Below are positions 16,819 through 24,000 of a stretch of 24,000 nucleotides of DNA, one piece after another. The stretch's first letter is position 1. Each line of letters begins with the position of its first letter. The stretch is from positions 2,781 to 26,780 of the forward strand of contig JAHITX010000120.1 of NCBI GenBank assembly GCA_018817425.1, read 5' to 3'. The position numbers were made by a program, and so were the translations under genes. The notes beneath the pieces were generated by a model. It had not been told where the DNA came from and did not search any database. It saw only the letters and a program-made list of their open reading frames with translations. Source of the stretch: Pseudomonadota bacterium (GTDB lineage Bacteria; Desulfobacterota; Desulfobacteria; Desulfobacterales; RPRI01).

Positions 16819-17013
16819 AATAGTAGGCGATATTTAGAAACAAATACCAAGTGGTATTTGCAGTCCCACATTACATGTAATAATGATTTCCAATCCTTCA
16901 GAGGTTCTTCCTCCTGCTCCTTTCCAGAGCTTTCCCTGAGGAAGAACCTATACCTTGTTTTCTCCCCCGCCGGAACGGTCGAACCTTTTAGGATCGCACG
17001 GGCATAGCCCGTG
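16819..17013 (-). mobile_element. IS200-type left end: two LE hairpins plus the first ~27 codons of tnpA
   Basis: On the minus strand I read '(L)KDWKSLLHVMWDCKYHLVFVSKYRLLL'. From memory, Salmonella IS200 TnpA begins 'MGDEKSLAHTRWNCKYHIVFAPKYR'. A perfect 12-bp hairpin (16902-16913 / 16938-16949) has GGAGGA in its 3' arm, 7 nt from the start position. A second GC-rich hairpin, CACGGGC-ATA-GCCCGTG, lies at 16997-17013. Confidence 0.6.
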
Positions 17014-17170
17014 GTTTAATTAACAGCAATTATTTTTGTCAATTTCGTTCAACAATACATATGTAAAAAATGAACCCGATAATAGCAACAGTCAGAGCGA
17101 GAAGCGATATTAATCCCGATGTTAAAAAGCATATTAAAATGGAACTTCTTCAAAAATCACTTAAACAAAA

Positions 17171-17223
17171 AAAGGGTCCAAGAACGATAAATGAGAAATA
17201 TCACTTAATCCCTTGAACCCTTT
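17171..17223. repeat. Short relative of the 8758-8891 element (AAAGGGTCCAAG ... CTTGAACCCTTT)
   Basis: The arms are 11/12 complementary around a ~27-bp spacer. The terminal sequences (AAAAAGGGTCCARGA / TTGAACCCTT) match the outer ends of the larger element. Confidence 0.35.
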
Positions 17224-17245
17224 AACAATGAACAACCACCTTTAA

Positions 17246-17268
17246 TTCCCCCTTAGTTAATGGGGGAA
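17246..17268 (-). terminator. Hairpin TTCCCCC-N9-GGGGGAA downstream of the PaaK-like gene
   Basis: 7-bp stem lying 34 nt after the stop at 17302. No U-tract follows, so the terminator call is weak. Confidence 0.3.
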
Positions 17269-17301
17269 AGTGAGTCGTTTAAACCTTTCAAAAAACGCGA
17301 A

Positions 17302-18684
17302 CTATTTTTTTTGTTCGTATGCTTTTTCTATCATCTGCCCTTTGGCACCAGGACCTGCTGCTCTTTCCAGTGTATTGGGAGGAATAATTGTAATAGATGT
17401 TCTGCATTTTAGTTTAATATGCATTGCATCTTCCAATTCCTTTTTAAGAGCATTTTTATCATCTTCCGAACTAATATCCATTCCACATTCCACTTTGATC
17501 TTCATTGGTGGCGGTACACCGGGTCCGGGTTGTTCCAATACTATTCTCATCTCTCCTGTAGTTTTCGGCTCTAATGAACTGACAACATTTTTGATAGCCG
17601 CGGGATAGACATTTACTCCTTTTATGATAAGCATATCATCGCTTCTGCCAAGGATCTTGATTCGTGGGAATTTCCATCCGCATTTGCATGTTTCCGTAAA
17701 AACCTGAAAGATATCTCCGGGAGACCACTTGAAGAAAGGACGCGCCATCCATTGAAGATTAGTCATTCTGCTTTCTCCAACCATGCCGTCTGTAATATTC
17801 CTGATCGGCTCTTTTGTAGTCGGATCAACCAGATCTTCCATAATCAAGATGAAATCACGAGTCAACAAATGCATTCCCTGATATTCATCCAGATCGCATG
17901 ATCCACCTATATAGCCACCAAAAGAATCATAAAGGCGGCAACGATAGGCATCTTCAATCTTTTTCTTTACAGCCGGTATGGCAGCAGCGGGAGCACCGGA
18001 ACTTATCAGTCTTGTTAAGCCTAATTGACTTACATCTTTTTTTAATATTTTCGGTGTGGCTTCTATAAGATATTCAATAAGAGGTCCTGTAGCAAGTAAT
18101 GTCGTAGGCTTAGTTACATCTAACATTCTAAGAATTTTTTCCGTCCCTGCCTCAGCACCTATCGGAATAGGCAAGCATCCATACCATCTTAATGCATGTT
18201 CATATATTCTCAGACCTGCAAGATTCGCAGCACCTGCTGCATAAAGGACTCTTTCTCCGGGACGTAAACCCATTTTCCAGAAATGACGCCCTGCCATATG
18301 ATGATGTATTTCATAATCTTCTTTTGTAAACAAATAGGGAAAAGTCGGCTCACCGGTAGTTCCTGTGGTTGAACCCAGGTGAATTATTTTGTCTATGGGA
18401 GCACAAAGATTTGTTCCAAAAGGATGCCCATATTTTTCAGAAGATGCTGTTTGTGTTTCTCTGTCATCAGTTTTTGCAAAATAAAGATTAAGGTTTCTGA
18501 AATCATCCCATGTTTTAATATCTTCGGGTTTTACTCCAATTTCATCAAATTTCTTTTGGTAAAAATCCGGAGAATTATCATAAATGTATTTTATTTGTTT
18601 TTTAAGTTTTGTCATCTGTAGTTGCCGGAGTTCATCTGCAGGCATATCCTCCAATTCCGCCAACTCTTTATCATAATCAATCAT
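17302..18684 (-). CDS. Phenylacetate-CoA ligase family (PaaK/F390-synthetase-like) acyl/aryl-CoA ligase
   Basis: 460 aa with 'HLGSTTGTTGEPT' (compare the PaaK motif SSGTTGKPT), 'ISSGAP' and 'DMLIIKGVNVYP', and a PaaK-type N-terminal helix bundle. AAGGAG SD. Confidence 0.85.
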   Translation of the reverse strand: MIDYDKELAELEDMPADELRQLQMTKLKKQIKYIYDNSPDFYQKKFDEIGVKPEDIKTWDDFRNLNLYFAKTDDRETQTASSEKYGHPFGTNLCAPIDKIIHLGSTTGTTGEPTFPYLFTKEDYEIHHHMAGRHFWKMGLRPGERVLYAAGAANLAGLRIYEHALRWYGCLPIPIGAEAGTEKILRMLDVTKPTTLLATGPLIEYLIEATPKILKKDVSQLGLTRLISSGAPAAAIPAVKKKIEDAYRCRLYDSFGGYIGGSCDLDEYQGMHLLTRDFILIMEDLVDPTTKEPIRNITDGMVGESRMTNLQWMARPFFKWSPGDIFQVFTETCKCGWKFPRIKILGRSDDMLIIKGVNVYPAAIKNVVSSLEPKTTGEMRIVLEQPGPGVPPPMKIKVECGMDISSEDDKNALKKELEDAMHIKLKCRTSITIIPPNTLERAAGPGAKGQMIEKAYEQKK

Positions 18685-18812
18685 TTCTAAAATCTCCTTG
18701 TCTTGTCGATATCAAACCATTTTGACCAAGGCAATTATCATATGTTATTTTTTTACGCAACCAATTTTTCTTTATTTTACTACAATTTATACAAATACTC
18801 ACCCAATCAAGC

Positions 18813-18841
18813 ATATACCCCTGGAATGACCAGAGGTATAT
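18813..18841. promoter_or_regulatory. Palindrome/hairpin ATATACCCCTGG-AATGA-CCAGAGGTATAT in the amidohydrolase/ligase spacer
   Basis: 12-position stem with 11 pairs and 1 mismatch and a 5-nt loop. A second hairpin, AATCCGG-N10-CCGGATT, lies at 18868-18891, 22 nt after the amidohydrolase stop. Confidence 0.4.
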
Positions 18842-18912
18842 GTCTAACATATCGATTGTATATATCTAATCCGGACAAAACCCGCCGGATTAAAAGATAA
18901 TTCTATTTTCCA

Positions 18913-19818
18913 CTATTCAAGTTTATAAACTCTCATAGCGTTATCCCTTAATACCTTTTTCTTTATCTCATCTTTTAAATCAAGCTCTACAAATTCCTTC
19001 TTGCATCTTGTAAGGCCAAATCCGTTAGTAGCCCACATAACCTTATCCTGCCCTCTTCCGGCCATAAACTTTATTATGTCGGGATGAAGATCGGAAGGAT
19101 AGTATGCCCCTATGTTTCCGTAAACATTATTGTGTCGCCAGAGCATGGATATCCATTCACTGATCCATGGGAATCCGGTGTGAGTAAGCACAATAGTAAG
19201 ATCCGGAAAATCCATGGCGATTTCATCAGCATACATGGGATGTCCTGGCTCACTCGGCAATGCCTCGGCTGAATGTCCTACCTGAAAAGAAACGGGTATT
19301 CCCATATCAAGACATTTACTGTATAGAGGATACATTTTTTTATCATCCGGCCTGATTCCGTAGCTGATAGGATGAGCAAATACAAACTTGCAGCCATAGG
19401 CTTCATAAGCCTGATCTATTTCTTCCAGACTTTCTTTTATTCTGAAAGGGTTCCAGCTTGCACCACCTATTATCCGGCCTTTTGATTTATCGACAAAATT
19501 CTTTATTGTTTCAACAGACCAGTTTACCCAGAATGTATGATCGCGCCTCGACCAGTTCTTGGCACATTCCATAAAAATGTACTGCACCCCGATCTTATCC
19601 ATTTCTTCAACAACACCTTCAACCGAACCGGGGCCCATCATACCGAGAACTTTCCATTCTTCGCCGGGTTTTAATCCCAATCTTTTAGCCACTCCGGCAA
19701 AGGTACCCTTTACCATTTGCTTAACTTCAGTTATTTCAAACATCGGCTTGGCTATCTCTGGATCGGCATAAAATGCCCTGCACATACTGTCTACAGCCAT
19801 GACGTCTTTTAATTCCAT
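18913..19818 (-). CDS. Amidohydrolase-2 (PF04909-like, ACMSD/LigW-type TIM barrel) homolog, atypical active-site motifs
   Basis: 301 aa with 'FVFAHP', 'TIVLTHTGFPW' and 'KVMWATNGFG' resembling strands 5, 6 and 8 of amidohydrolase-2 proteins. AAGGAGG SD. Confidence 0.75.
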   Translation of the reverse strand: MELKDVMAVDSMCRAFYADPEIAKPMFEITEVKQMVKGTFAGVAKRLGLKPGEEWKVLGMMGPGSVEGVVEEMDKIGVQYIFMECAKNWSRRDHTFWVNWSVETIKNFVDKSKGRIIGGASWNPFRIKESLEEIDQAYEAYGCKFVFAHPISYGIRPDDKKMYPLYSKCLDMGIPVSFQVGHSAEALPSEPGHPMYADEIAMDFPDLTIVLTHTGFPWISEWISMLWRHNNVYGNIGAYYPSDLHPDIIKFMAGRGQDKVMWATNGFGLTRCKKEFVELDLKDEIKKKVLRDNAMRVYKLE

Positions 19819-19868
19819 CTCATCTCCTCCTTATTTTCTGCTTTTTAACATTAACAGATTCCAGAATA

Positions 19869-22058
19869 TCAAGCACCAACCTGTATATCCCAAACAGGAG
19901 CAGTGCCCGGAGGAAGAGCATCCTGGCATAACAATGTAGTACAACTTGGGCAATAAAACTCATGATAAACAAGAAATCTGTCAGTCTGGAGATAATTTGC
20001 TCCGATTTCACTTCCTTTGATCTCGGCTTTTAATGCATGATCTTTGTAATTCTGATCATTTCCACAGAATACATGGCCGCATTTCAAGCACTGGATCTTC
20101 TTGTCTTTGGTTACTTGCAGGTTTTCATGAATTCTTATGATACCTTCTTCAATCGGAGCACAGTTCAACGCAGGAGCTTTACATGTTGTCGCAGCACGTT
20201 CTCTTCTTTTTGCCTTGAGAAGTTCTCTTTGTTTTTCCGTTGCTTCTATGTTTATACCTTCATTTTTGCCTTCAATTATTACACCATATATATCTATTGC
20301 ATATTCAGGAGTAATTATCAGATTTATAATATCGGCTAAAACTCTTTCAGGTTCACGATCTAAAGGATCTCCATACCCACCTGCGCCTACTCCGTACAGA
20401 TAGTAAATATCACCCTGGAAAGCAGGTGTTGCGGAAACCATGGTAGGCCATTCTTTTTGATCACCTCCGGTTGCTTTAATATCTTCAATACAAGTAATAG
20501 CCTTGCCACTTGCCAGATATGCGTCACTTGTGGTGTTATTGGCAACGTAATTTTTATAAGGAGCTGGCTGATGGCCTCCCCAAAGTCCGGGGCCGCCTGT
20601 TGTTTCCTTGTTCCAGCCAAGAATAAGAACCTGAACTCCGGGAGTATTATGAACCTTATAAATAACTTCCATACCTGTACCACCGCGATATTTACCAGCG
20701 CCGGCTGAATTTATGGCCTGACGTTTTACAAGATAAATAAAAGGCATGATTGATTCATACATCTCAACATCTCCAGCTATAACTTCCGGTGTTACTGGAA
20801 AACAACCCGAATCAACACCGTCAAAACCGGAACCGGCGCCCTGACCACCGCTTAATATATCAAAAAAGACAGTCCCCATAATAAGGCCGTACTGATTGGG
20901 ACCGCCCCAGGCTATAACCGCTGAATTAGGCGGTGAACAGGCATTTTGATCACCATAATACTCAGGAACACCTACCATCATTCTGGAAACCAAAGTATTT
21001 AATATAGCGCAAAGCTGTAAAACATGGAAAGCCGACATGCTGACAGGTGCAGGCCAGTTTGCATTTTCTATACAACCTTCAGGAGCTATAATATCTACAA
21101 CGTCTAAAACTCCTCTGTTCCACTGCTCCACATAAAACAACCGGGTGCATAAAATTGTATAAACAACACCTACTACTGATTCATAGACCATGTTGGTTGG
21201 CCCTGGTCTCTGGGGATCGGAACCGGTAAAATCAACAGTAAGTCTGTCACCCTTTTTGGTCAGTGTTGTAACTATTTTAGCCAGATTGTAGTTTTTGCCG
21301 TCATGATCTATATAGGTTACATCACGCCAGACGCCATCGGGAAGTTCTTTAAGTTTGGCCTTGGCATATGCTCTTGTATCATTTATCATCTGCAAAAATA
21401 TGGACTGCATGTCTTCTTTGCCATATTTGCTAAATAATTTTAATACTCTATCTTTGCCTACGTTTAATCCTGCCACTCGTGCACGACAGTCAAGTGTTAT
21501 TCCTCCAGGATCGCGGACTGCTCTTTGAAGAAGCATATATGTGTCTTTGCGCTCAACACCTTTATCCATGAGTTTCAAACCCGGAATCCTGATTCCTTCA
21601 TGAAATATTTCAGTTGCACTCGGACACATTCCGCCGGGCTCTATAGCTCCTACTTCACCGGTATGAAACAGTGCTGAAAGCCAGCCTATCATCTCGCCTT
21701 GGTAATACACAGGACAAAAGCAGGTCTGGTCAGGAGCATGAATCCCACCGATGTACGGATCATTAAACATGAAAACATCGCCATCATTTATGCCGGGATT
21801 CTCGGTATACCATTCTATAACTTTTCCAATTTGTTTTTCAACACCGCTTATATGCAGCAACAAACCGGCTGAGCTTACTATGGTTTCTCCGTTTGGTTGA
21901 TGCAGACTGAAAAGAACCTCTTTAGCCTCAGTTACAACCACCGAGCCGGAAACTTTCTCCATAGTGGAACGTCCCTCCCACAAGGTCTGCCATATACTGT
22001 GCTTGACAACCTCATAGGTGATGGGATCTATTTTGAAATCACAACTATCTGTACTCAT
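19869..22058 (-). CDS. Hydantoinase B/oxoprolinase-family subunit fused to an acetone-carboxylase-gamma-like Cys domain
   Basis: 729 aa. Residues 1 to about 600 look like HyuB/AcxB ('DPITYEVVKHSIW', 'NDPYIGGIHAPD', 'GAGKYRGGTG', 'GGYGDPLDREPE'). After a basic linker, the last 89 aa carry 'CLKCGHVFCGNDQNYK' and 'HEFYCPSCTTLL'. GGAGGA SD. Confidence 0.85.
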   Translation of the reverse strand: MSTDSCDFKIDPITYEVVKHSIWQTLWEGRSTMEKVSGSVVVTEAKEVLFSLHQPNGETIVSSAGLLLHISGVEKQIGKVIEWYTENPGINDGDVFMFNDPYIGGIHAPDQTCFCPVYYQGEMIGWLSALFHTGEVGAIEPGGMCPSATEIFHEGIRIPGLKLMDKGVERKDTYMLLQRAVRDPGGITLDCRARVAGLNVGKDRVLKLFSKYGKEDMQSIFLQMINDTRAYAKAKLKELPDGVWRDVTYIDHDGKNYNLAKIVTTLTKKGDRLTVDFTGSDPQRPGPTNMVYESVVGVVYTILCTRLFYVEQWNRGVLDVVDIIAPEGCIENANWPAPVSMSAFHVLQLCAILNTLVSRMMVGVPEYYGDQNACSPPNSAVIAWGGPNQYGLIMGTVFFDILSGGQGAGSGFDGVDSGCFPVTPEVIAGDVEMYESIMPFIYLVKRQAINSAGAGKYRGGTGMEVIYKVHNTPGVQVLILGWNKETTGGPGLWGGHQPAPYKNYVANNTTSDAYLASGKAITCIEDIKATGGDQKEWPTMVSATPAFQGDIYYLYGVGAGGYGDPLDREPERVLADIINLIITPEYAIDIYGVIIEGKNEGINIEATEKQRELLKAKRRERAATTCKAPALNCAPIEEGIIRIHENLQVTKDKKIQCLKCGHVFCGNDQNYKDHALKAEIKGSEIGANYLQTDRFLVYHEFYCPSCTTLLCQDALPPGTAPVWDIQVGA

Positions 22059-22086
22059 ATATTTATTCCTCCTCTACGGTCAAAAA

Positions 22087-24000
22087 TTAAAGTTTTACGA
22101 TAACCACGTTCATGTACGCATCAACCTCCGCTAATTGATCGGGGAGGATAACCATGGTGGTACTCGGTGTTTCAATAATGGCCGGGCCTTCTATCTTGTT
22201 ACCGTATTTCAGCTTCCTGGAATCAAAGATATTGGTTTCTACATAATCATTATATTTCCTGAAAAAGGCGGGCCTGGTCCCTTTGATAGCCGGTGAAGAA
22301 TCGGCAATAGGCTCATAGGAAGCCTTTTCAAGGGAAGGTTTAAGAAGTTTGCTTACAGCATTCAACCTGAAGGTTACAACCTGCATTCCCGCTTCACGGA
22401 ACCCGGAACCCTTGCCGTAGATTTGCTCGTATCTGCCTTCCCAATCGTTCATAATCTGCCGGACATCCTCGGCATTAAGCTTTTTGGTCGGAGCCGGAAT
22501 ATTAACTTCATGGACCTGTCTGTTATATCTTAAATCCAGCTCACGGTGAAGCTCAACATCTGCTGCTGCTATGCCTTCAAGAGCCATATCTGCTATCGCA
22601 TGCTTTTCCATTTCTTCAAAAACAGCATTAAGATGTGTTGGATCTGCAGGCATAATATTAACATCTGTCTGGGTATAAACATGAATTACATCAGAACAGG
22701 CAATGCCGAATGCCGAAAATACCGAAGACTGAGGAGGAATTATAACCTTTTTAGCCCCGAGATCTTTGGAAAAAGATGCACAGTGCATGGGACCGTTACC
22801 ACCATATGAAAGAAGTACGAAATCTCTCGGATCATGGCCTTTGTCAATTACTGACTGCCTTAAGTTGTCTGCCATAAATGAATTGATAATATCATATATA
22901 CCGGCTGCTGCCTGAACCACATCCATGCAAAGAGGATCAGCTATTTTCTCTTTGATAGCTTTGTAAGCTTTATCTTTATTTATGGTAAGCTTGCCGCCGA
23001 AGAAATAACCTGGATTAAGATAGCCAAGGACGACATCAACATCTGTTACCGTGGGCTCTTCTCCTCCGCGCTCATAACAAACCGGGCCGGGGGTGGAACC
23101 CGCGGAGTCGGGCCCAACTTTAAGGGCACCTGTAACAGGATCGATCCTTGAGATTGTTCCGCCTGCCGCTCCGATACATGTGATATTGATAATCGGGATG
23201 GTAACACGAAAGCGCATCATGATAGGCTCTTTCTTGAAAGACCATTCACCGTCTGCCAGAACGCTTACGTCAAAACTCGTGCCGCCGACATCTGTTGTGA
23301 TTATGTTTTTTTCCCCAAGAATACTGCCCAAATACTTGCTTCCGACAACACCGCCTACAGGCCCTGACTCAATCGTGGAAACAGGTCTTGCGGTTTCCCA
23401 ACTGGTAACACCGCCGTAAGCATGCATAATTGAAATATCCTGTTTGAGACCGGAATTCTTCAGCTCCTGATTTAGTGAATCAATGTATTCACGAGTAAGC
23501 TTTCCTATACAGGCATCAATAATAACAGTCATCGTACGGGCATATTCTCTGAGTTTGGGAGAGATTTCATGAGATACCGCTAAATAAATATCCGGATAAT
23601 TCTCCTCTACCAGCTTTTTTAATGCAATTTCATGTTCAGCGTTTGTAAAAGACCATAACAGACATATAGCTATAGCCTCACATCCCTCTGCTGCAAGTTC
23701 ATCAATGGCCTGTTTTGCCTGCTTCATATCAAGGGGAATTACGGCTTTGCCGAAGCAATCCATACGTTCAACTATACCTTTAATCAATGGCCTTGGTACA
23801 AGCGGTTCAGGTTTGCGGCATACAGCCTGATGCTTGACTTCATCTTCACTCAAACCGTCTGTTTTTGCACCGGCTCTCATAATGATGGAAATATCTTCAT
23901 GCCCGGCTGTGGTTAAAAGACCTACTTTTCCGAATGTACGGTTTATAACAGCATTGGTTCCAAGAGTCGTGCCATGACCTACGTAAACCGTACTAGGCAA
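22087..24000 (-). CDS. Hydantoinase A/oxoprolinase-family ATPase subunit (5' end beyond the window)
   Basis: More than 637 aa, with the frame open at the window edge (the track's first 'M' is a TTG at the boundary). It has ASKHA-type motifs 'GTTLGTNAV' and 'ITTDVGGTSFDVS'. Its length and order match HyuA/AcxA-like beta subunits. Confidence 0.9.
   Translation of the reverse strand: MPSTVYVGHGTTLGTNAVINRTFGKVGLLTTAGHEDISIIMRAGAKTDGLSEDEVKHQAVCRKPEPLVPRPLIKGIVERMDCFGKAVIPLDMKQAKQAIDELAAEGCEAIAICLLWSFTNAEHEIALKKLVEENYPDIYLAVSHEISPKLREYARTMTVIIDACIGKLTREYIDSLNQELKNSGLKQDISIMHAYGGVTSWETARPVSTIESGPVGGVVGSKYLGSILGEKNIITTDVGGTSFDVSVLADGEWSFKKEPIMMRFRVTIPIINITCIGAAGGTISRIDPVTGALKVGPDSAGSTPGPVCYERGGEEPTVTDVDVVLGYLNPGYFFGGKLTINKDKAYKAIKEKIADPLCMDVVQAAAGIYDIINSFMADNLRQSVIDKGHDPRDFVLLSYGGNGPMHCASFSKDLGAKKVIIPPQSSVFSAFGIACSDVIHVYTQTDVNIMPADPTHLNAVFEEMEKHAIADMALEGIAAADVELHRELDLRYNRQVHEVNIPAPTKKLNAEDVRQIMNDWEGRYEQIYGKGSGFREAGMQVVTFRLNAVSKLLKPSLEKASYEPIADSSPAIKGTRPAFFRKYNDYVETNIFDSRKLKYGNKIEGPAIIETPSTTMVILPDQLAEVDAYMNVVIVKL

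Noticed and set aside
17070-17216. 48-codon plus-strand ORF (MNPIIATVRARSDINPDVKK...)
   Set aside because: It has no SD, is the only plus-strand candidate in the window, runs into the repeat element, and has no recognisable family.
16819-17250. Possible bridge-RNA locus upstream of the IS110-family transposase
   Set aside because: The IS110 relic lacks its own 5' end. The sequence immediately upstream is an IS200 left end plus tnpA stub, not IS110 non-coding DNA. The ~115 nt downstream (16085-16200, with a GATTCCC/GGGAATC hairpin) is too short and too decayed to argue for a 3'-encoded guide RNA without covariance-model evidence.
19820-20011. 63-aa minus-strand ORF overlapping the end of the HyuB-fusion gene
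   Set aside because: It is out of frame within a strongly supported CDS and runs through the SD and spacer of the next gene. It has no independent signals.
20387-20683. 98-aa minus-strand ORF inside the HyuB-like gene
   Set aside because: It is an alternative frame of the same strand within a gene whose main frame shows clear family motifs.
1-24000. CRISPR arrays, rRNA or tRNA genes, prophage or defence-island signatures
   Set aside because: I saw no regularly spaced direct repeats, no rRNA- or tRNA-like conserved blocks, and no nuclease, helicase or methylase-type ORFs. The non-coding stretches are explained by IS debris, promoters and small palindromic repeats.

Overview
This window looks like chromosomal DNA from a fairly AT-rich anaerobe. 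The gene content (PaaK-like ligase, HyuA/HyuB, YeeE/YedE, DUF3795, PAS-LuxR) suggests a Desulfobacterales-type sulfate reducer, but that is a low-confidence inference with no search behind it. Every credible gene is on the minus strand; the plus-strand ORFs in the track are antisense shadows. Reading the minus strand from high to low coordinates: (1) An operon at 24000-17302 encodes a hydantoinase-A-like protein (5' end outside the window), a hydantoinase-B-like protein whose C-terminus is fused to an acetone-carboxylase-gamma-like Cys domain, an atypical amidohydrolase-2 homolog and a PaaK-like CoA ligase. This is the most interesting candidate system. (2) About 2 kb of mobile-element debris at 17013-15139 holds an IS200 left end with a tnpA stub, a multiply frameshifted IS110 relic, a GGDEF C-terminal fragment and a frameshifted HUH/Y1 transposase. 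Next to it is a markedly AT-rich diacylglycerol-kinase-like gene. (3) A tightly coupled operon runs DUF3795 Cys-rich protein, CDF-like membrane protein, split YeeE/YedE pair, thiolase, Hbd. An XRE-cupin regulator follows, flanked by inverted-repeat elements, then an acyl-CoA dehydrogenase. (4) Housekeeping nnr-tsaE-lysC, two coupled lipoproteins, a PAS-PAS-LuxR regulator and an IS4-like transposase fragment at the left edge. No rRNA, tRNA or CRISPR was seen. All family assignments rest on motif recognition by eye.
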